DNA of 64,000 bases from Bdellovibrionales bacterium (GTDB lineage Bacteria; Bdellovibrionota; Bdellovibrionia; Bdellovibrionales; UBA1609). The stretch covers positions 1 through 64,000 of the forward strand of contig JAWLHR010000005.1 in the NCBI GenBank assembly GCA_041690295.1. The letters are read 5' to 3'. The notes under the pieces are model-generated. The model worked only from the letters and a program-made list of their open reading frames with translations, had not been told where the DNA came from and made no database searches. Both the position numbers and the translations under genes were made by a program. Each line of letters starts with the position of its first letter. Positions within the stretch are counted from its first letter, which is position 1. Positions 38,078 through 47,283 of the stretch are shown here, piece after piece.

Positions 38078-39385
38078 ATGAATCTTGTGACTTTACTCAG
38101 AGAGCTTTCAGATCGGACGGGACTTCCTGCCCGCGATGCGGAATTTGCCGCCAAGCTGGCGATGCGGACAATGCTCCGCCGCGTGACTGAAGAAGCCGCC
38201 AATGAGGTGATTTCGTACCTCCCGACCGAGTGGTCCGACTTTTTTGAAGAAATGCCTTACCTGGACACGAGCGTCACTTCCGCGACTGTATTAAATAAAA
38301 TTGGAAGGGCATTGAGAATACCCACGGAACGCGCGCTCCGGCTATTGCCGGATTTGACTCTCGCCATCGCGCAGTTTGTGCCGACGGAAGTCTTATATCG
38401 TGCGTTTTCGCAGCTTCCCTATGAAATGCGCGAAAAAATCGATATCGGCGATGACCGCCTCTACGAAAAGGATATTGATATCTATACGATACGCCCGCGA
38501 CTCCCACCGAAACGAGCTTCGGATATCGAGGCCTTTTTGAACAAGAAGGTCATTGTATTAAAGCACAATGACACCTTGCGCTCGGCTTCATTGGCGATGG
38601 CGGAAAACAACGTGGGCTGTGTTTTGGTTTCAAACGCAAAAGGACGGTTTGTCGGGGTGCTGACCGACAGGGATTTGGCTTGCGCGGTGGCGGTGGTTCA
38701 AGACGGACTCAATGCCCCAATATCGGAGGCGATGACGGAGGAATTCGTTTCGGTGGACCGTGAGGCTTCATTGGAAGAAGTGGTGGATAAAATGATTTAC
38801 CATGGCATCCGCCGAATTCCCATTATTGAGCCCATCAGCACGACGCGATCGAAGTGCGTCGGCATCATCACTCTTGATGACCTCTTGGCGGCGGAAGCGA
38901 TTTCACTGGAAGAAGCGAGTCAAATCGCCATGAAACAAATCCATCCGATTCCGCACCGGCCGAGCCGGGCTGTTTACCGCTCCGTCGCACGCAAACAACA
39001 AACGGCGTTGAGATTCCGCAAGACTCTCGCGCAAAGGTTGCGACTGGATGAAGAAAAGGCCGAAGGTGTGGCGCGAATCGTGTTGCGCATGTTCGTGCGC
39101 CGGATAAATACGGACGAAGCTTCGCACTTGATTTCTCAGCTTCCCGCCCTTTGGCAAGATGAGCTATTTGATCTACCGGCAGGCCCGGACCGTAGTATTC
39201 GCGCCTCTGATATTATCCGCCGTATTTGCAGCTATCTGGATGTCTCGGAAGATGAAGCCGAAGTGGTTTTTGCCCGCGTGGTGAGCGCGCTCGGCGAGTT
39301 GATCTCGGGCGGTGAGATCTCCGATGTTCTGTCGCAGATGCCGAAGGATATCCAACGAATCGCCACCGCGGATCGGTTTTTATAA
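38078..39385 (+). CDS. DUF2267-CBS pair-DUF2267 fusion protein
   Basis: Central CBS pair (VGCVLV, GVLTDRD, GIRRIPI, GIITLDD) flanked by two helical repeats with SQLP/SQMP and ISGGE..DV motifs. Confidence 0.8.
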   Translation: MNLVTLLRELSDRTGLPARDAEFAAKLAMRTMLRRVTEEAANEVISYLPTEWSDFFEEMPYLDTSVTSATVLNKIGRALRIPTERALRLLPDLTLAIAQFVPTEVLYRAFSQLPYEMREKIDIGDDRLYEKDIDIYTIRPRLPPKRASDIEAFLNKKVIVLKHNDTLRSASLAMAENNVGCVLVSNAKGRFVGVLTDRDLACAVAVVQDGLNAPISEAMTEEFVSVDREASLEEVVDKMIYHGIRRIPIIEPISTTRSKCVGIITLDDLLAAEAISLEEASQIAMKQIHPIPHRPSRAVYRSVARKQQTALRFRKTLAQRLRLDEEKAEGVARIVLRMFVRRINTDEASHLISQLPALWQDELFDLPAGPDRSIRASDIIRRICSYLDVSEDEAEVVFARVVSALGELISGGEISDVLSQMPKDIQRIATADRFL

Positions 39386-40213
39386 GCTGCGCATTCGTTT
39401 TAGAAAATCATCCCAATCTTTGCCGTCGTGAATCGCGGCCATTTGCATTTGAATCGGATGATCTTTGGCCGACTCCTTCCAATCAAACCAAAAGAAATAA
39501 GCCATTGTGACCGGACCAAAATATTGCAGAAAATAGCCGATCGCCTGCCGGAAGCTGTAATCGCGAACTATTTGGGTTGATAACAGATTGCGAATGGGAA
39601 CGCGGGGAATATCTTGAAACACCGGCTGAAAGTTCAATCCTTTGGCGAGGTAACTGATCAAGTTCTTGGCGGCGTTTCGGACCAACGGAGACCCAAAGGG
39701 GAGCGCGGCGATCATGCCGATGACCGCGGAGTAAAACAAACCTTCTCCGGGATAACTGGCGGTATCAACTTGCGTGGCCAACATATCGGTTTGGAGTATC
39801 GAGATTCGCCGATTGCCCTCGTCCGTCAGCTTGCCTTTTTCATAAAGATCCTCGATCAGAAGTTGTAAGGCCGAAATATTAGTGATGTTCGGACCTTCAC
39901 GCATCAGCTTGTCACTCAGGGTTCGTGCGTATCTCGTGACATCGGAAGGATCCTCGAAACTTCCAGTCAGATACTTGTGAATCAGTTCTCCGAGCGGACT
40001 TTCCCAGAGAGATTCGACGACCTGTTTGAGTCGAGCGCTTCGCTCTTCCTTTTCAGCTTCCTCTTCCGGCGATGGCGCCTCTGGTCCTTCGCGTTCTTTT
40101 TCTTTGGTGACATCGGATTTTTTTTCTTCTTCGAAAGTGGTGCTGGGGCCGCATTTGACGGTCAGTGCGGGGAGTAAAAAACACAAAACAACAGCCGCCG
40201 AATTCAGCTTCAT
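39380..40213 (-). CDS. Hypothetical exported protein (possible lipoprotein)
   Basis: Hydrophobic N-terminus with Cys, acidic linker, helical body. Confidence 0.6.
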   Translation of the reverse strand: MKLNSAAVVLCFLLPALTVKCGPSTTFEEEKKSDVTKEKEREGPEAPSPEEEAEKEERSARLKQVVESLWESPLGELIHKYLTGSFEDPSDVTRYARTLSDKLMREGPNITNISALQLLIEDLYEKGKLTDEGNRRISILQTDMLATQVDTASYPGEGLFYSAVIGMIAALPFGSPLVRNAAKNLISYLAKGLNFQPVFQDIPRVPIRNLLSTQIVRDYSFRQAIGYFLQYFGPVTMAYFFWFDWKESAKDHPIQMQMAAIHDGKDWDDFLKRMRSL

Positions 40214-40364
40214 TGATGTTTCAAAAAGAGCAAATCCTATTCCACGGGTATCGGCACCGTCTCGAATTGAAACGTCAACCAAAATCACAAATCACTAGTT
40301 CGTTGGCGTCCCATTGGCCAATTCTGAAGATGAGCACTGGCATGGTTTGCATTACATGGACGGT

Positions 40365-40934
40365 ATGGGAACAAAAAAGCTATCGACATTGACCGCATTA
40401 GCCTTGGTAATCTTCCTGGTGGGCTGCGATGGAATGAGCTCCAAGAAAAGCAAATCACCCGCGCCCGCGAATCCTTCGGGTAATGCGGGCCCTGGCGCCG
40501 GCGGCGGCGGTTCAGGACAGGATATCGCTGCTTCGATCGCCTACTACAAAGGCGGTTTTGCCGCTCAGCCCGGTGAACCTAATTGGTCCCATGACATGCT
40601 GATCGATTTCAATCAAGTGGTTCAGGAAGGCGGTTATTTGGTGTCGGCCAAGCACACCGATCCGCTTTGCTTCAAAACCGGAGCGTTATCGTCAGTGAAA
40701 ACCCATGAACTTTTTGATCTCCTGGCTAAACTTTTGGTTTTACCCTCAACCGGGCCAATTACGCCCGATGACGGATTGGAATATGTTGAGATCACCCTCA
40801 CCACCGGAGAAAAACGAAAGTACCATTTGCTGAATGCCAACGTCCCGGCCGGTGAACTTTACGCCACGAATCCCGATGACGTCCGCACCTTTCTGCAAGG
40901 GGTAGAGGGCGGGCTGGCCGTGGCCTGCCAGTAG
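40365..40934 (+). CDS. Hypothetical lipoprotein
   Basis: Lipobox LVGC, Gly/Pro linker, C-terminal Cys. Confidence 0.7.
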   Translation: MGTKKLSTLTALALVIFLVGCDGMSSKKSKSPAPANPSGNAGPGAGGGGSGQDIAASIAYYKGGFAAQPGEPNWSHDMLIDFNQVVQEGGYLVSAKHTDPLCFKTGALSSVKTHELFDLLAKLLVLPSTGPITPDDGLEYVEITLTTGEKRKYHLLNANVPAGELYATNPDDVRTFLQGVEGGLAVACQ

Positions 40935-40979
40935 GCTCCGCTTTAAGAGAAGTTATTACATCCAAATTTTCGTCCCTGG

Positions 40980-40995
40980 TGGCACGACTGTCGCA
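40980..40995 (+). promoter_or_regulatory. Sigma-54 promoter
   Basis: TGGCACGACTGTCGCA, followed by GGAGG RBS and ATG 41026. Confidence 0.7.
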
Positions 40996-41025
40996 TTTCA
41001 TTCATAGGTCAATGCGGAGGACATC

Positions 41026-41445
41026 ATGATGGCGATGAACCGGCAGAATGGGGCGTTTTTTCTTTTTATGTGGTTTGTGATCGGATCGATAACGGGAACA
41101 ATCCCGCAAGCCGCCGCGCAGATTTCCAGTCAAATCGACGAGTGGGAGCCCAAGTTCCTGGATGCCTGCACGCCCGTCGCGGCCAGGTCTCCAAATTTAA
41201 GCGAGGCGGAGGCAAGGCCGTATTGTCAGTGCCTGGCCAACGCTCATCGCAATTTTCTGATTCAGCGTGCGGAGCCGGAGCAAATCGACGTTAAGAAATA
41301 CTTGGGTACGATTTTGGAATTTTATCAGTCGCCGGAGTCGGCGCGTTCGCGGACCGACGAGTTTGCTTTAAACCTGTTGGAGCTTGACCTGGAATTGTCG
41401 GAAAAATGTCAGTCCGGCGAAGTCACGGATCCTTCGGAGAAATGA
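41026..41445 (+). CDS. Secreted hypothetical protein (C...CxC...C)
   Basis: Signal peptide, FLDAC, YCQC, terminal Cys; RBS present. Confidence 0.7.
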   Translation: MMAMNRQNGAFFLFMWFVIGSITGTIPQAAAQISSQIDEWEPKFLDACTPVAARSPNLSEAEARPYCQCLANAHRNFLIQRAEPEQIDVKKYLGTILEFYQSPESARSRTDEFALNLLELDLELSEKCQSGEVTDPSEK

Positions 41446-42229
41446 CTTCGAAAATTTTTATTCGGTCGAAAGATTCCGTCAGGACAATAATCAGGTCATC
41501 GAATCTATCGATCTCACGGCGAAGGAGATCGATATCAATGGGTTCGACATGATGGACGACGGGAACATTTTTAAGAATGGTTATAGCGCGGTATATCTCG
41601 TTGGAGACTTCCACCGGAAGTTGATGTTCTCCGCGCATGTAAATGACCGTCCACTCCAGAAGAGCCATTGAGTTTTGACCCCTCTTTATCAAATCGATTT
41701 TTTGCGAGAGTGAAATCTGGGGCCTCTGTGAGAGCCTGGCCAGCGCGATGAATTCCGCCATCGCACCTTTTAATGAATGGCGGATATTCTCGTTGGGGAG
41801 TTCCTCCACTAAATGAATGTGATCTGAATCGCCATAGTGTGTACCTCTAAAGGTTGCGCTTCGAAGCACCGGGGGAAGACTGTCAAAATCATTTTGTACG
41901 GGCCACGGCATCTTTTCGCGTTCAGCATATAAACCCGAGGTTTCATTGGCCTCGAGAATTCCGATTTTATCACCGCTTTGAATGAAGCGAAGCTCGCCCA
42001 GCCATTTAATGGAAGAGATCTGGTAGTTGGTGGAAAGGAGAGAAATAATCGTGGCATGGAGACATTCGACATAAGGTCCCACCGCGAGAACTAAATCGTT
42101 CGATTCGGTTTCCATGAGGACTCCGATGCCGAGCTGAGGCGGAGAAGATCCGTTCGTCAAATGGTTTTCACAATCCGCAGGGATCGCAGTTGCACAAATG
42201 GACCACAACAACAGTAACAGCTTGAGCAC
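41423..42229 (-). CDS. Secreted hypothetical protein
   Basis: 268-aa ORF with signal peptide followed by DCENHL. Confidence 0.65.
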   Translation of the reverse strand: MLKLLLLLWSICATAIPADCENHLTNGSSPPQLGIGVLMETESNDLVLAVGPYVECLHATIISLLSTNYQISSIKWLGELRFIQSGDKIGILEANETSGLYAEREKMPWPVQNDFDSLPPVLRSATFRGTHYGDSDHIHLVEELPNENIRHSLKGAMAEFIALARLSQRPQISLSQKIDLIKRGQNSMALLEWTVIYMRGEHQLPVEVSNEIYRAITILKNVPVVHHVEPIDIDLLRREIDRFDDLIIVLTESFDRIKIFEVISPKDP

Positions 42230-42241
42230 GGCGCATAGCGA

Positions 42242-42257
42242 AGCAATTGTTGGGCCA
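42242..42257 (-). promoter_or_regulatory. Sigma-54 promoter
   Basis: TGGCCCAACAATTGCT; predicted +1 about 42231. Confidence 0.65.
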
Positions 42258-43016
42258 TCAACTCCGGATTCGGTGGAGTGAGTTGGTAAAAACCCAATCG
42301 ATGCCCCGACTCCACTCTCGTCGGTAAAGATTCGCCGTCGGTATGAATCCCACGCCGACTTTTCGCCCCCGATCTCGGAGTCGAGATATGCAACTTCCGG
42401 TCATTCCCAAGTAGTGGCCGGCCACACCGCCGATTTCGCGCTCCAGAGCGGTGTTGACCAATGATCCAAGTGGTGCGTCCCCCACTAAAATCCAGGACTC
42501 CGGGGGATAGGTGGAATCGATGTGCGCGGGGTTCAACGTCAATAAATGAAAATCCCGCACGGGTTCAAATGGGCTGAGAATTCGTTTCAGTGTGCGCCGC
42601 TGTTCCGCGTTCAGGCTCGATTTGACTTCAATCATGAAGTGCACGCCGGAAAGACCGAGCACTTCTTCGAGCGTCGGGAGAAGGGGCGCCCTGGAGCGGA
42701 TTTCCGGGAATTTCAATTCATGCACGATGCCTTCGCATTTATGGCAGCGGATTAGATCGAAGTCATGATTCACGACCGGAACGCCGTCTTTGGTAAAGCG
42801 GACATCGAATTCTATTCCCCACGCCCCCAGATTCCGGGCGCGTTCAAAGGCCCGCATGGTGTTTTCAGGATATTCCGATGTGTTCCAAGCTCCGCGATGG
42901 GCGATAAGCCGTGGCGCCGGTAAATGATCACTGGGCTTATACCTCGGTAGATCCATGATGAGGTCACTCATTTTTTCCAAGATCGGCGTGATCCGATCGC
43001 GAAGTCCGGTCGACAT
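42258..43016 (-). CDS. Glycerophosphodiester phosphodiesterase (GDPD) family protein
   Basis: IAHRG, PENT, IEFDVRFTKDGVPVVNHD, PTLEEVL, IEVK. Confidence 0.92.
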   Translation of the reverse strand: MSTGLRDRITPILEKMSDLIMDLPRYKPSDHLPAPRLIAHRGAWNTSEYPENTMRAFERARNLGAWGIEFDVRFTKDGVPVVNHDFDLIRCHKCEGIVHELKFPEIRSRAPLLPTLEEVLGLSGVHFMIEVKSSLNAEQRRTLKRILSPFEPVRDFHLLTLNPAHIDSTYPPESWILVGDAPLGSLVNTALEREIGGVAGHYLGMTGSCISRLRDRGRKVGVGFIPTANLYRREWSRGIDWVFTNSLHRIRS

Positions 43017-43050
43017 ATCCGGCGATCATTTCTGAAATGGATAGGGCCCG

Positions 43051-43437
43051 TCAAGGTCGGGGTTCGTGATAGAGAGAGCCGTTGCTTTGCTCGGAACCGG
43101 AGGGAAGTAGCAGCGGCTCCTTTAAAGAAATAACCCAAACGGTGTCGGTATGATCTTGAACGCTGATGGAGCTCACCATTCCGTTGTTTTCGCCAATGAC
43201 CAGCTCGCGCGGGTGAGCGATGGATCGGTCGGCCTCCGCCGAGTGGACCCAAAGAATGTCTTCCACCGGGTCGTAGGAAAAACCTTCAGTGGTCACCCAA
43301 TCGCTCTCGATTTGATCACCGATTTCCGGATTGGCGACTTCCACCCGCACCTGACACGCGTTGCACTGTTTGGACAATTGGCGAAGAATGGGATCCCAGA
43401 GATCTCGTCTCAAAACATTGTAGTTTGTAAACTTCAT
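43051..43437 (-). CDS. DUF5335-like protein
   Basis: W...L..LS, VEV...EIGDQIE..W....GFSYDP..D, I.HP.EL; ATGA overlap with the upstream gene. Confidence 0.75.
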   Translation of the reverse strand: MKFTNYNVLRRDLWDPILRQLSKQCNACQVRVEVANPEIGDQIESDWVTTEGFSYDPVEDILWVHSAEADRSIAHPRELVIGENNGMVSSISVQDHTDTVWVISLKEPLLLPSGSEQSNGSLYHEPRP

Positions 43438-44006
43438 GTCACTGGCCCCGAGGTCACGGTCGGGCGAAAGAAAGCCCGCCGCGCGCAAATTGAAACTTGA
43501 ATCATCGCAGCGCCCGAGAAAATGAGATCAAGTCCCAGTAGCACTCCCGGTACGAGGAACGAAGAAATCGGAAACGTCCATACAATGTAAACACCCAACA
43601 AAAGAGATGCGATGGAACTTGCCAGCATCCAGCCCCAGCCGGGATACGGGCGGAAATTAAGGGCCAAAATCCACTGAGCCGCCGCGCTCAAGAAAAAGTA
43701 AAAGGCCAAAATTAAAGTGACGCCGAGAACGCCGCTCGTTGGATACAGAAACATCAAAAATCCCGCCACGAGCGGCACGATGGCCTGGAAATAGCGCGTT
43801 CCGGCGCCCTCTTCATCGCGAAGTCGCCACGCGCGAACGGAATTCACGACACCACTGGCCAGAAGAATGATCGCGATGGCCAATGTGACCCCCATCGAAC
43901 TTGCGACGGGCATCGCGATGGCAAGGATACCGAGCAATATGAAGACAATTCCGCTGGCGAGAATCCATTTCCAGTGTGTTGAATAAGGTGCGTTTGTGAT
44001 TTTCAT
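43434..44006 (-). CDS. HdeD/DUF308 family membrane protein
   Basis: WKW.LASGI.FILLG.LAI, GWGW.LAS, G.LLGLDLIFSG; six TM helices. Confidence 0.88.
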   Translation of the reverse strand: MKITNAPYSTHWKWILASGIVFILLGILAIAMPVASSMGVTLAIAIILLASGVVNSVRAWRLRDEEGAGTRYFQAIVPLVAGFLMFLYPTSGVLGVTLILAFYFFLSAAAQWILALNFRPYPGWGWMLASSIASLLLGVYIVWTFPISSFLVPGVLLGLDLIFSGAAMIQVSICARRAFFRPTVTSGPVT

Positions 44007-44018
44007 ACGTTTAGAAAA

Positions 44019-44034
44019 TGCAACAACCACGCCA
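44019..44034 (-). promoter_or_regulatory. Sigma-54 promoter
   Basis: TGGCGTGGTTGTTGCA; predicted +1 about 44008. Confidence 0.7.
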
Positions 44035-44040
44035 TTAAAT

Positions 44041-44700
44041 TTACGGTGTTGCAATGAAGGCCTCCTCATCTGGTGAACAAATGTAGATTTTTCGATCCAC
44101 CTTTTCCTCAATCACCGTGCCGTCCGAAAGACTTGAATAAGCGGGGAGAATTCCAACATTTGAGTTGATCACGAAGCAGGGCCAATGAAGGGTTCGATCA
44201 CCTTCGCGCACTTCCACCACGGGATGTTGGTGGCCGCACCAATGAAAACATGTCTCATCCGGCGTCACGGTTGGTGGTTTATGTTGGAAGATGAATGAGC
44301 CAATTTGCCACTGATAGAGCATTTCCATCTTAGGGAACAAGGCGCCAAGCAATTTTATGGCGCCGCGGTCCTGGTCTTCGCAGATCAGCGTCACGTCGCT
44401 ATCGATGCGCAGTAGAAAATCCGAAAAATCCTGCACGATTTCTTCCGTCACGCCGTGGGGCGAATGGATGAAATCCCCCAAAATCATTAGATGCTCCACC
44501 TGAAACTTCCGACAGAGTTTCGTCAAACGAACCAGGTCTTCCCATTGGGCCTGGGAGCGGCGGGTTAATCCGCCGTAGAGAAATCTTTCCGCTTTTCCAA
44601 GCTCCAGGTCGGAAACCACAAGTAGATTTTGGTCGGGCCAATATAAAACCCGTGAGGGGTGCAGGATAAATCGCTCGTTGAGCAACCAGATTTCGCGCAC
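44041..44700 (-). CDS. PdeM-like (ligase-associated) metallophosphoesterase with altered catalytic motifs
   Basis: LYWP....LVVSDLELGK, ILGDFIH, HKP, CGHQHP, PCF, ILPAYS. Confidence 0.75.
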   Translation of the reverse strand: MREIWLLNERFILHPSRVLYWPDQNLLVVSDLELGKAERFLYGGLTRRSQAQWEDLVRLTKLCRKFQVEHLMILGDFIHSPHGVTEEIVQDFSDFLLRIDSDVTLICEDQDRGAIKLLGALFPKMEMLYQWQIGSFIFQHKPPTVTPDETCFHWCGHQHPVVEVREGDRTLHWPCFVINSNVGILPAYSSLSDGTVIEEKVDRKIYICSPDEEAFIATP

Positions 44701-44715
44701 GATATCACATATTTT

Positions 44716-45126
44716 TCAATGGCGTGTTCGGCGAGTGGTGGTCGTCCGTTTGGATTTTGTGCGGGACTTTGAACGGCCCCACCGCGCTTCTCCGCCCGCG
44801 CGACCGATTTCAGAGTAGAACTTAGGCCCATACTCTTGGGCCACCGTTTCGCCACCCAAGCGACCGATCGCTTCGTAAAACTCACGACCGTGGGTTTGCG
44901 CGGTTCTTCGCCCACCGAGTCGGCCGATCTCCGCGTAGAATTCCGGCCCGTATTCCTGAGCCACTGCTTCTCCGCCCATGCGGCCAATGTCCTCGTAGAA
45001 TTCGCGACCGTGGGTTTGAGCCGTCCGTCGACCACCGCGGCGCCCTGCCTCACTTAATGTCATACTGCCACCTCGGCTGCTTCGCTTACGGCGGCTACTC
45101 GTACTCTGCTCACTTTGGCGTCTCAT
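44716..45126 (-). CDS. GsiB/Em-like (KGG-repeat) general stress protein
   Basis: MTLSEAGRRGG plus four 20-aa repeats ..HG.EFY.EIGR.GG; AAGGAG RBS. Confidence 0.88.
   Translation of the reverse strand: MRRQSEQSTSSRRKRSSRGGSMTLSEAGRRGGRRTAQTHGREFYEDIGRMGGEAVAQEYGPEFYAEIGRLGGRRTAQTHGREFYEAIGRLGGETVAQEYGPKFYSEIGRAGGEARWGRSKSRTKSKRTTTTRRTRH
44790..45045. repeat. Coding tandem repeat, 60-bp unit with 120-bp (ABAB) period
   Basis: GRRTAQTHGREFYE alternates with GE.VAQEYGP.FY.E. Confidence 0.85.
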
Positions 45127-45161
45127 TCCACGCTCCTTTCAAAGATTGCAACTCGATGGGT

Positions 45162-45177
45162 TGCAAGGATGAAGCCA
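45162..45177 (-). promoter_or_regulatory. Sigma-54 promoter of the GsiB-like gene
   Basis: TGGCTTCATCCTTGCA; -12 box overlaps the inverted repeat TTGCAAC-N7-GTTGCAA (45146-45166). Confidence 0.65.
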
Positions 45178-45182
45178 CAAAC

Positions 45183-45461
45183 CTAGTGTTGCCAACCAAA
45201 CGCTTCGAGGTCTTCGGATTCGATTTTCACAAGTTTGTTATAAATCCCGATGAGCAAAAGGGTGGGAACCCATTCCGCCACGAAATTCGCCCAGTCTTTA
45301 TTTCGTTTGCTCAAAGCAAGGCCAAGCGAGAGAGCAATTGCTCCGCCTGCGGCGACCAGAAATGCCAGCGAAGGAATTTTCGCCGTTTGCTTTTCTATCG
45401 CACGAGTCATTCGGCCTTCATGGGGTTGGCCGGCCGTATCGGTACGTTCCGTATCTTGCAT
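45183..45461 (-). CDS. Small membrane protein typical of stress islands
   Basis: EG.MTRAIEKQTAKIPS..FL, ANFV.EW.PT.L.IG.YNKLVK; AAGGAG RBS. Confidence 0.8.
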   Translation of the reverse strand: MQDTERTDTAGQPHEGRMTRAIEKQTAKIPSLAFLVAAGGAIALSLGLALSKRNKDWANFVAEWVPTLLLIGIYNKLVKIESEDLEAFGWQH

Positions 45462-45476
45462 GGTTATCTCCTTCGG

Positions 45477-46010
45477 TTAGATCCGCGCGTCGAGATTTAT
45501 GCTTTTGAGAGCGGGCACAAATCGTTTCGGCATCAGATTGGTGATGAGTTCAAGTGTGGTTTTCATTAAACCTTCCTCTTTGATTTCGGGCTTGAGCGCC
45601 TCGAAGGCGTTTTCCATCATTTCCGCTTCTTCCGAAGTAAAGAGTTGTTGGGCCACATTGAAAACGCGACCTTCTTCCTCGTTGATGTGATGGTTCAAGG
45701 CGTCTCGCAGATCGTTGGCGGTCTTTTTCCAGTCCATGTCGATCTTGTCCTTGATCTGTAGCGTACGGAGCAGCGTCTCGGCTTGGAGGTGTTCCTTGTA
45801 CGCGGGCATGACGACGTCCTTGGCGGCATCGAGGCTTCGAAGCGAGTTATAAAAAACCGACTCTTCCGCTCGGGCGTGAGGAATCAGTTCGTCGCGGATT
45901 TGTTCGATCAGCTCACTATGGGAGTCGGCGCCTTCATCCAGCATGACGAGTTCGTTCAGAAGCTCTTTGATTTTATCGTGATCTTTTATCAGTGCTTCGT
46001 ATATGGCCAT
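45477..46010 (-). CDS. Hemerythrin/HHE cation-binding domain protein
   Basis: L.KDH, HARAEE..FY, EH, HHINEEE. Confidence 0.9.
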   Translation of the reverse strand: MAIYEALIKDHDKIKELLNELVMLDEGADSHSELIEQIRDELIPHARAEESVFYNSLRSLDAAKDVVMPAYKEHLQAETLLRTLQIKDKIDMDWKKTANDLRDALNHHINEEEGRVFNVAQQLFTSEEAEMMENAFEALKPEIKEEGLMKTTLELITNLMPKRFVPALKSINLDARI

Positions 46011-46176
46011 GGCTTCTAGTCCTTTCTTTTTCGATAGGTTTTTTGAATGCAATGGCGTGCCATTGGCGACTGAATCGCACGGCCCCCACACTGCGGGAAT
46101 TTGACCCGCGACGGGGCAAAAACGCTTGTTCCCTCTGACGCAAATGATTAAAGTTGAATGAGGTGGGAGGTAATCC

Positions 46177-46554
46177 ATGCCGGTACTTCATGTGAGAGCG
46201 CTGCCGCAGGCGGATCCCTCGCGGATAAAGCCGGCTCTTAAGAAAACTTGCATGGCCATCGCGGATATCTATCAATGCCCGGTGGAACATGTTCTGGCGA
46301 CCTGGGAGGAAATCCGGCCCGGCTGGTATGTCGAGGGAAAACGAAGTGGTTCAATCCAGCCTCTGATCAGCCATCCGCCCATCGCCGACCTCTACTGTCT
46401 AGAGGGGAAAACTCCCGTTGAAATCGAGGAAATTCTTCTGGTGGCTTCAAAGACTCTGGGTTCGGCATTGGAACTCGGTGATAACGTCCACATGACCTAT
46501 CATGAAGTGAAATCCGGCCGAGTCGTGAACGGCGGCACGATTTTGCGTAAATAG
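46177..46554 (+). CDS. Tautomerase/MIF-superfamily-like protein
   Basis: N-terminal Met-Pro, two beta-alpha-beta units; GGAGG RBS. Confidence 0.55.
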   Translation: MPVLHVRALPQADPSRIKPALKKTCMAIADIYQCPVEHVLATWEEIRPGWYVEGKRSGSIQPLISHPPIADLYCLEGKTPVEIEEILLVASKTLGSALELGDNVHMTYHEVKSGRVVNGGTILRK

Positions 46555-46555
46555 G

Positions 46556-47149
46556 TTAAAACCAGTATTTAACCATTCCGTTCAATGAAATTTGATCCGG
46601 ACTCGCTCCGCTGACGAAAAGGTACTTCGCGGCCACTCCCAGCGACACGTATTTGTTGGTGGCATCTTCCTTCAATGGAATATCGAAACCCAGCAATGGA
46701 GCGATTCCAAGGTGAGTTCCATCGTAGGGTGAATTGGTTTCGAAGATTGGACCGAGCCCGAGCCCTAAATAACTGTGGCGGATGACGGGGATGGTTCCGG
46801 CGAGATGGTACGTGGCTTTTCCAAGGAGATTCGTACGATTCAGTTTCTGGTGCTGAGGGCCGTGCATCCGGTCTGTTTGAACTCCGGAAAGTTCGACGGC
46901 GAATCCGATCGGCGTGATCGGTTGAAAACCCACGTCAATCCCGTACTCCCAAACCGACTTGAAACTGGCTTCCGGATCGGCGACTCCGGCCATTAATCCC
47001 AAATGCGGCTTCATCTTCTGCGATTCGACGTTCACCGTTCGACTGATTTTGGGAAACGTCGATTTCGCGGCGTCGCGGGCGTCCTTCGCGTACACCATCG
47101 GAACGAGACTTAAATACAAGCATAAGGTGGCGAATCGGCAAAGGTACAT
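46556..47149 (-). CDS. Small outer-membrane beta-barrel protein
   Basis: Signal peptide, amphipathic strands, C-terminal VKYWF. Confidence 0.75.
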   Translation of the reverse strand: MYLCRFATLCLYLSLVPMVYAKDARDAAKSTFPKISRTVNVESQKMKPHLGLMAGVADPEASFKSVWEYGIDVGFQPITPIGFAVELSGVQTDRMHGPQHQKLNRTNLLGKATYHLAGTIPVIRHSYLGLGLGPIFETNSPYDGTHLGIAPLLGFDIPLKEDATNKYVSLGVAAKYLFVSGASPDQISLNGMVKYWF

Positions 47150-47180
47150 AACACCTCCAGGGTTAACACGAGCTGAATTT

Positions 47181-47196
47181 TGCATAGAACATACCA
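47181..47196 (-). promoter_or_regulatory. Sigma-54 promoter
   Basis: TGGTATGTTCTATGCA, GG-N10-GC. Confidence 0.55.
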
Positions 47197-47283
47197 CGCA
47201 CCGGGATCACGTCGGTTCTCCGACTTCCCTAGTTCCAATGTGCCCCTGAGTCCCTTTTTTGCATCGAAATAAAAACAGGAGGA

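Noticed and set aside
40338..40351. TGGCATGGTTTGCA upstream of a lipoprotein gene
   Set aside because: GG-GC spacing is 8, so it is not a valid -24/-12 promoter
44790..45045. Periodic repeats as a possible CRISPR array
   Set aside because: They are in-frame coding repeats with no unique spacers and no cas genes
46048..46064. TGGCACGCCATTGCA upstream of the hemerythrin gene
   Set aside because: It looks like sigma-54, but GG-GC spacing is 9 rather than the required 10
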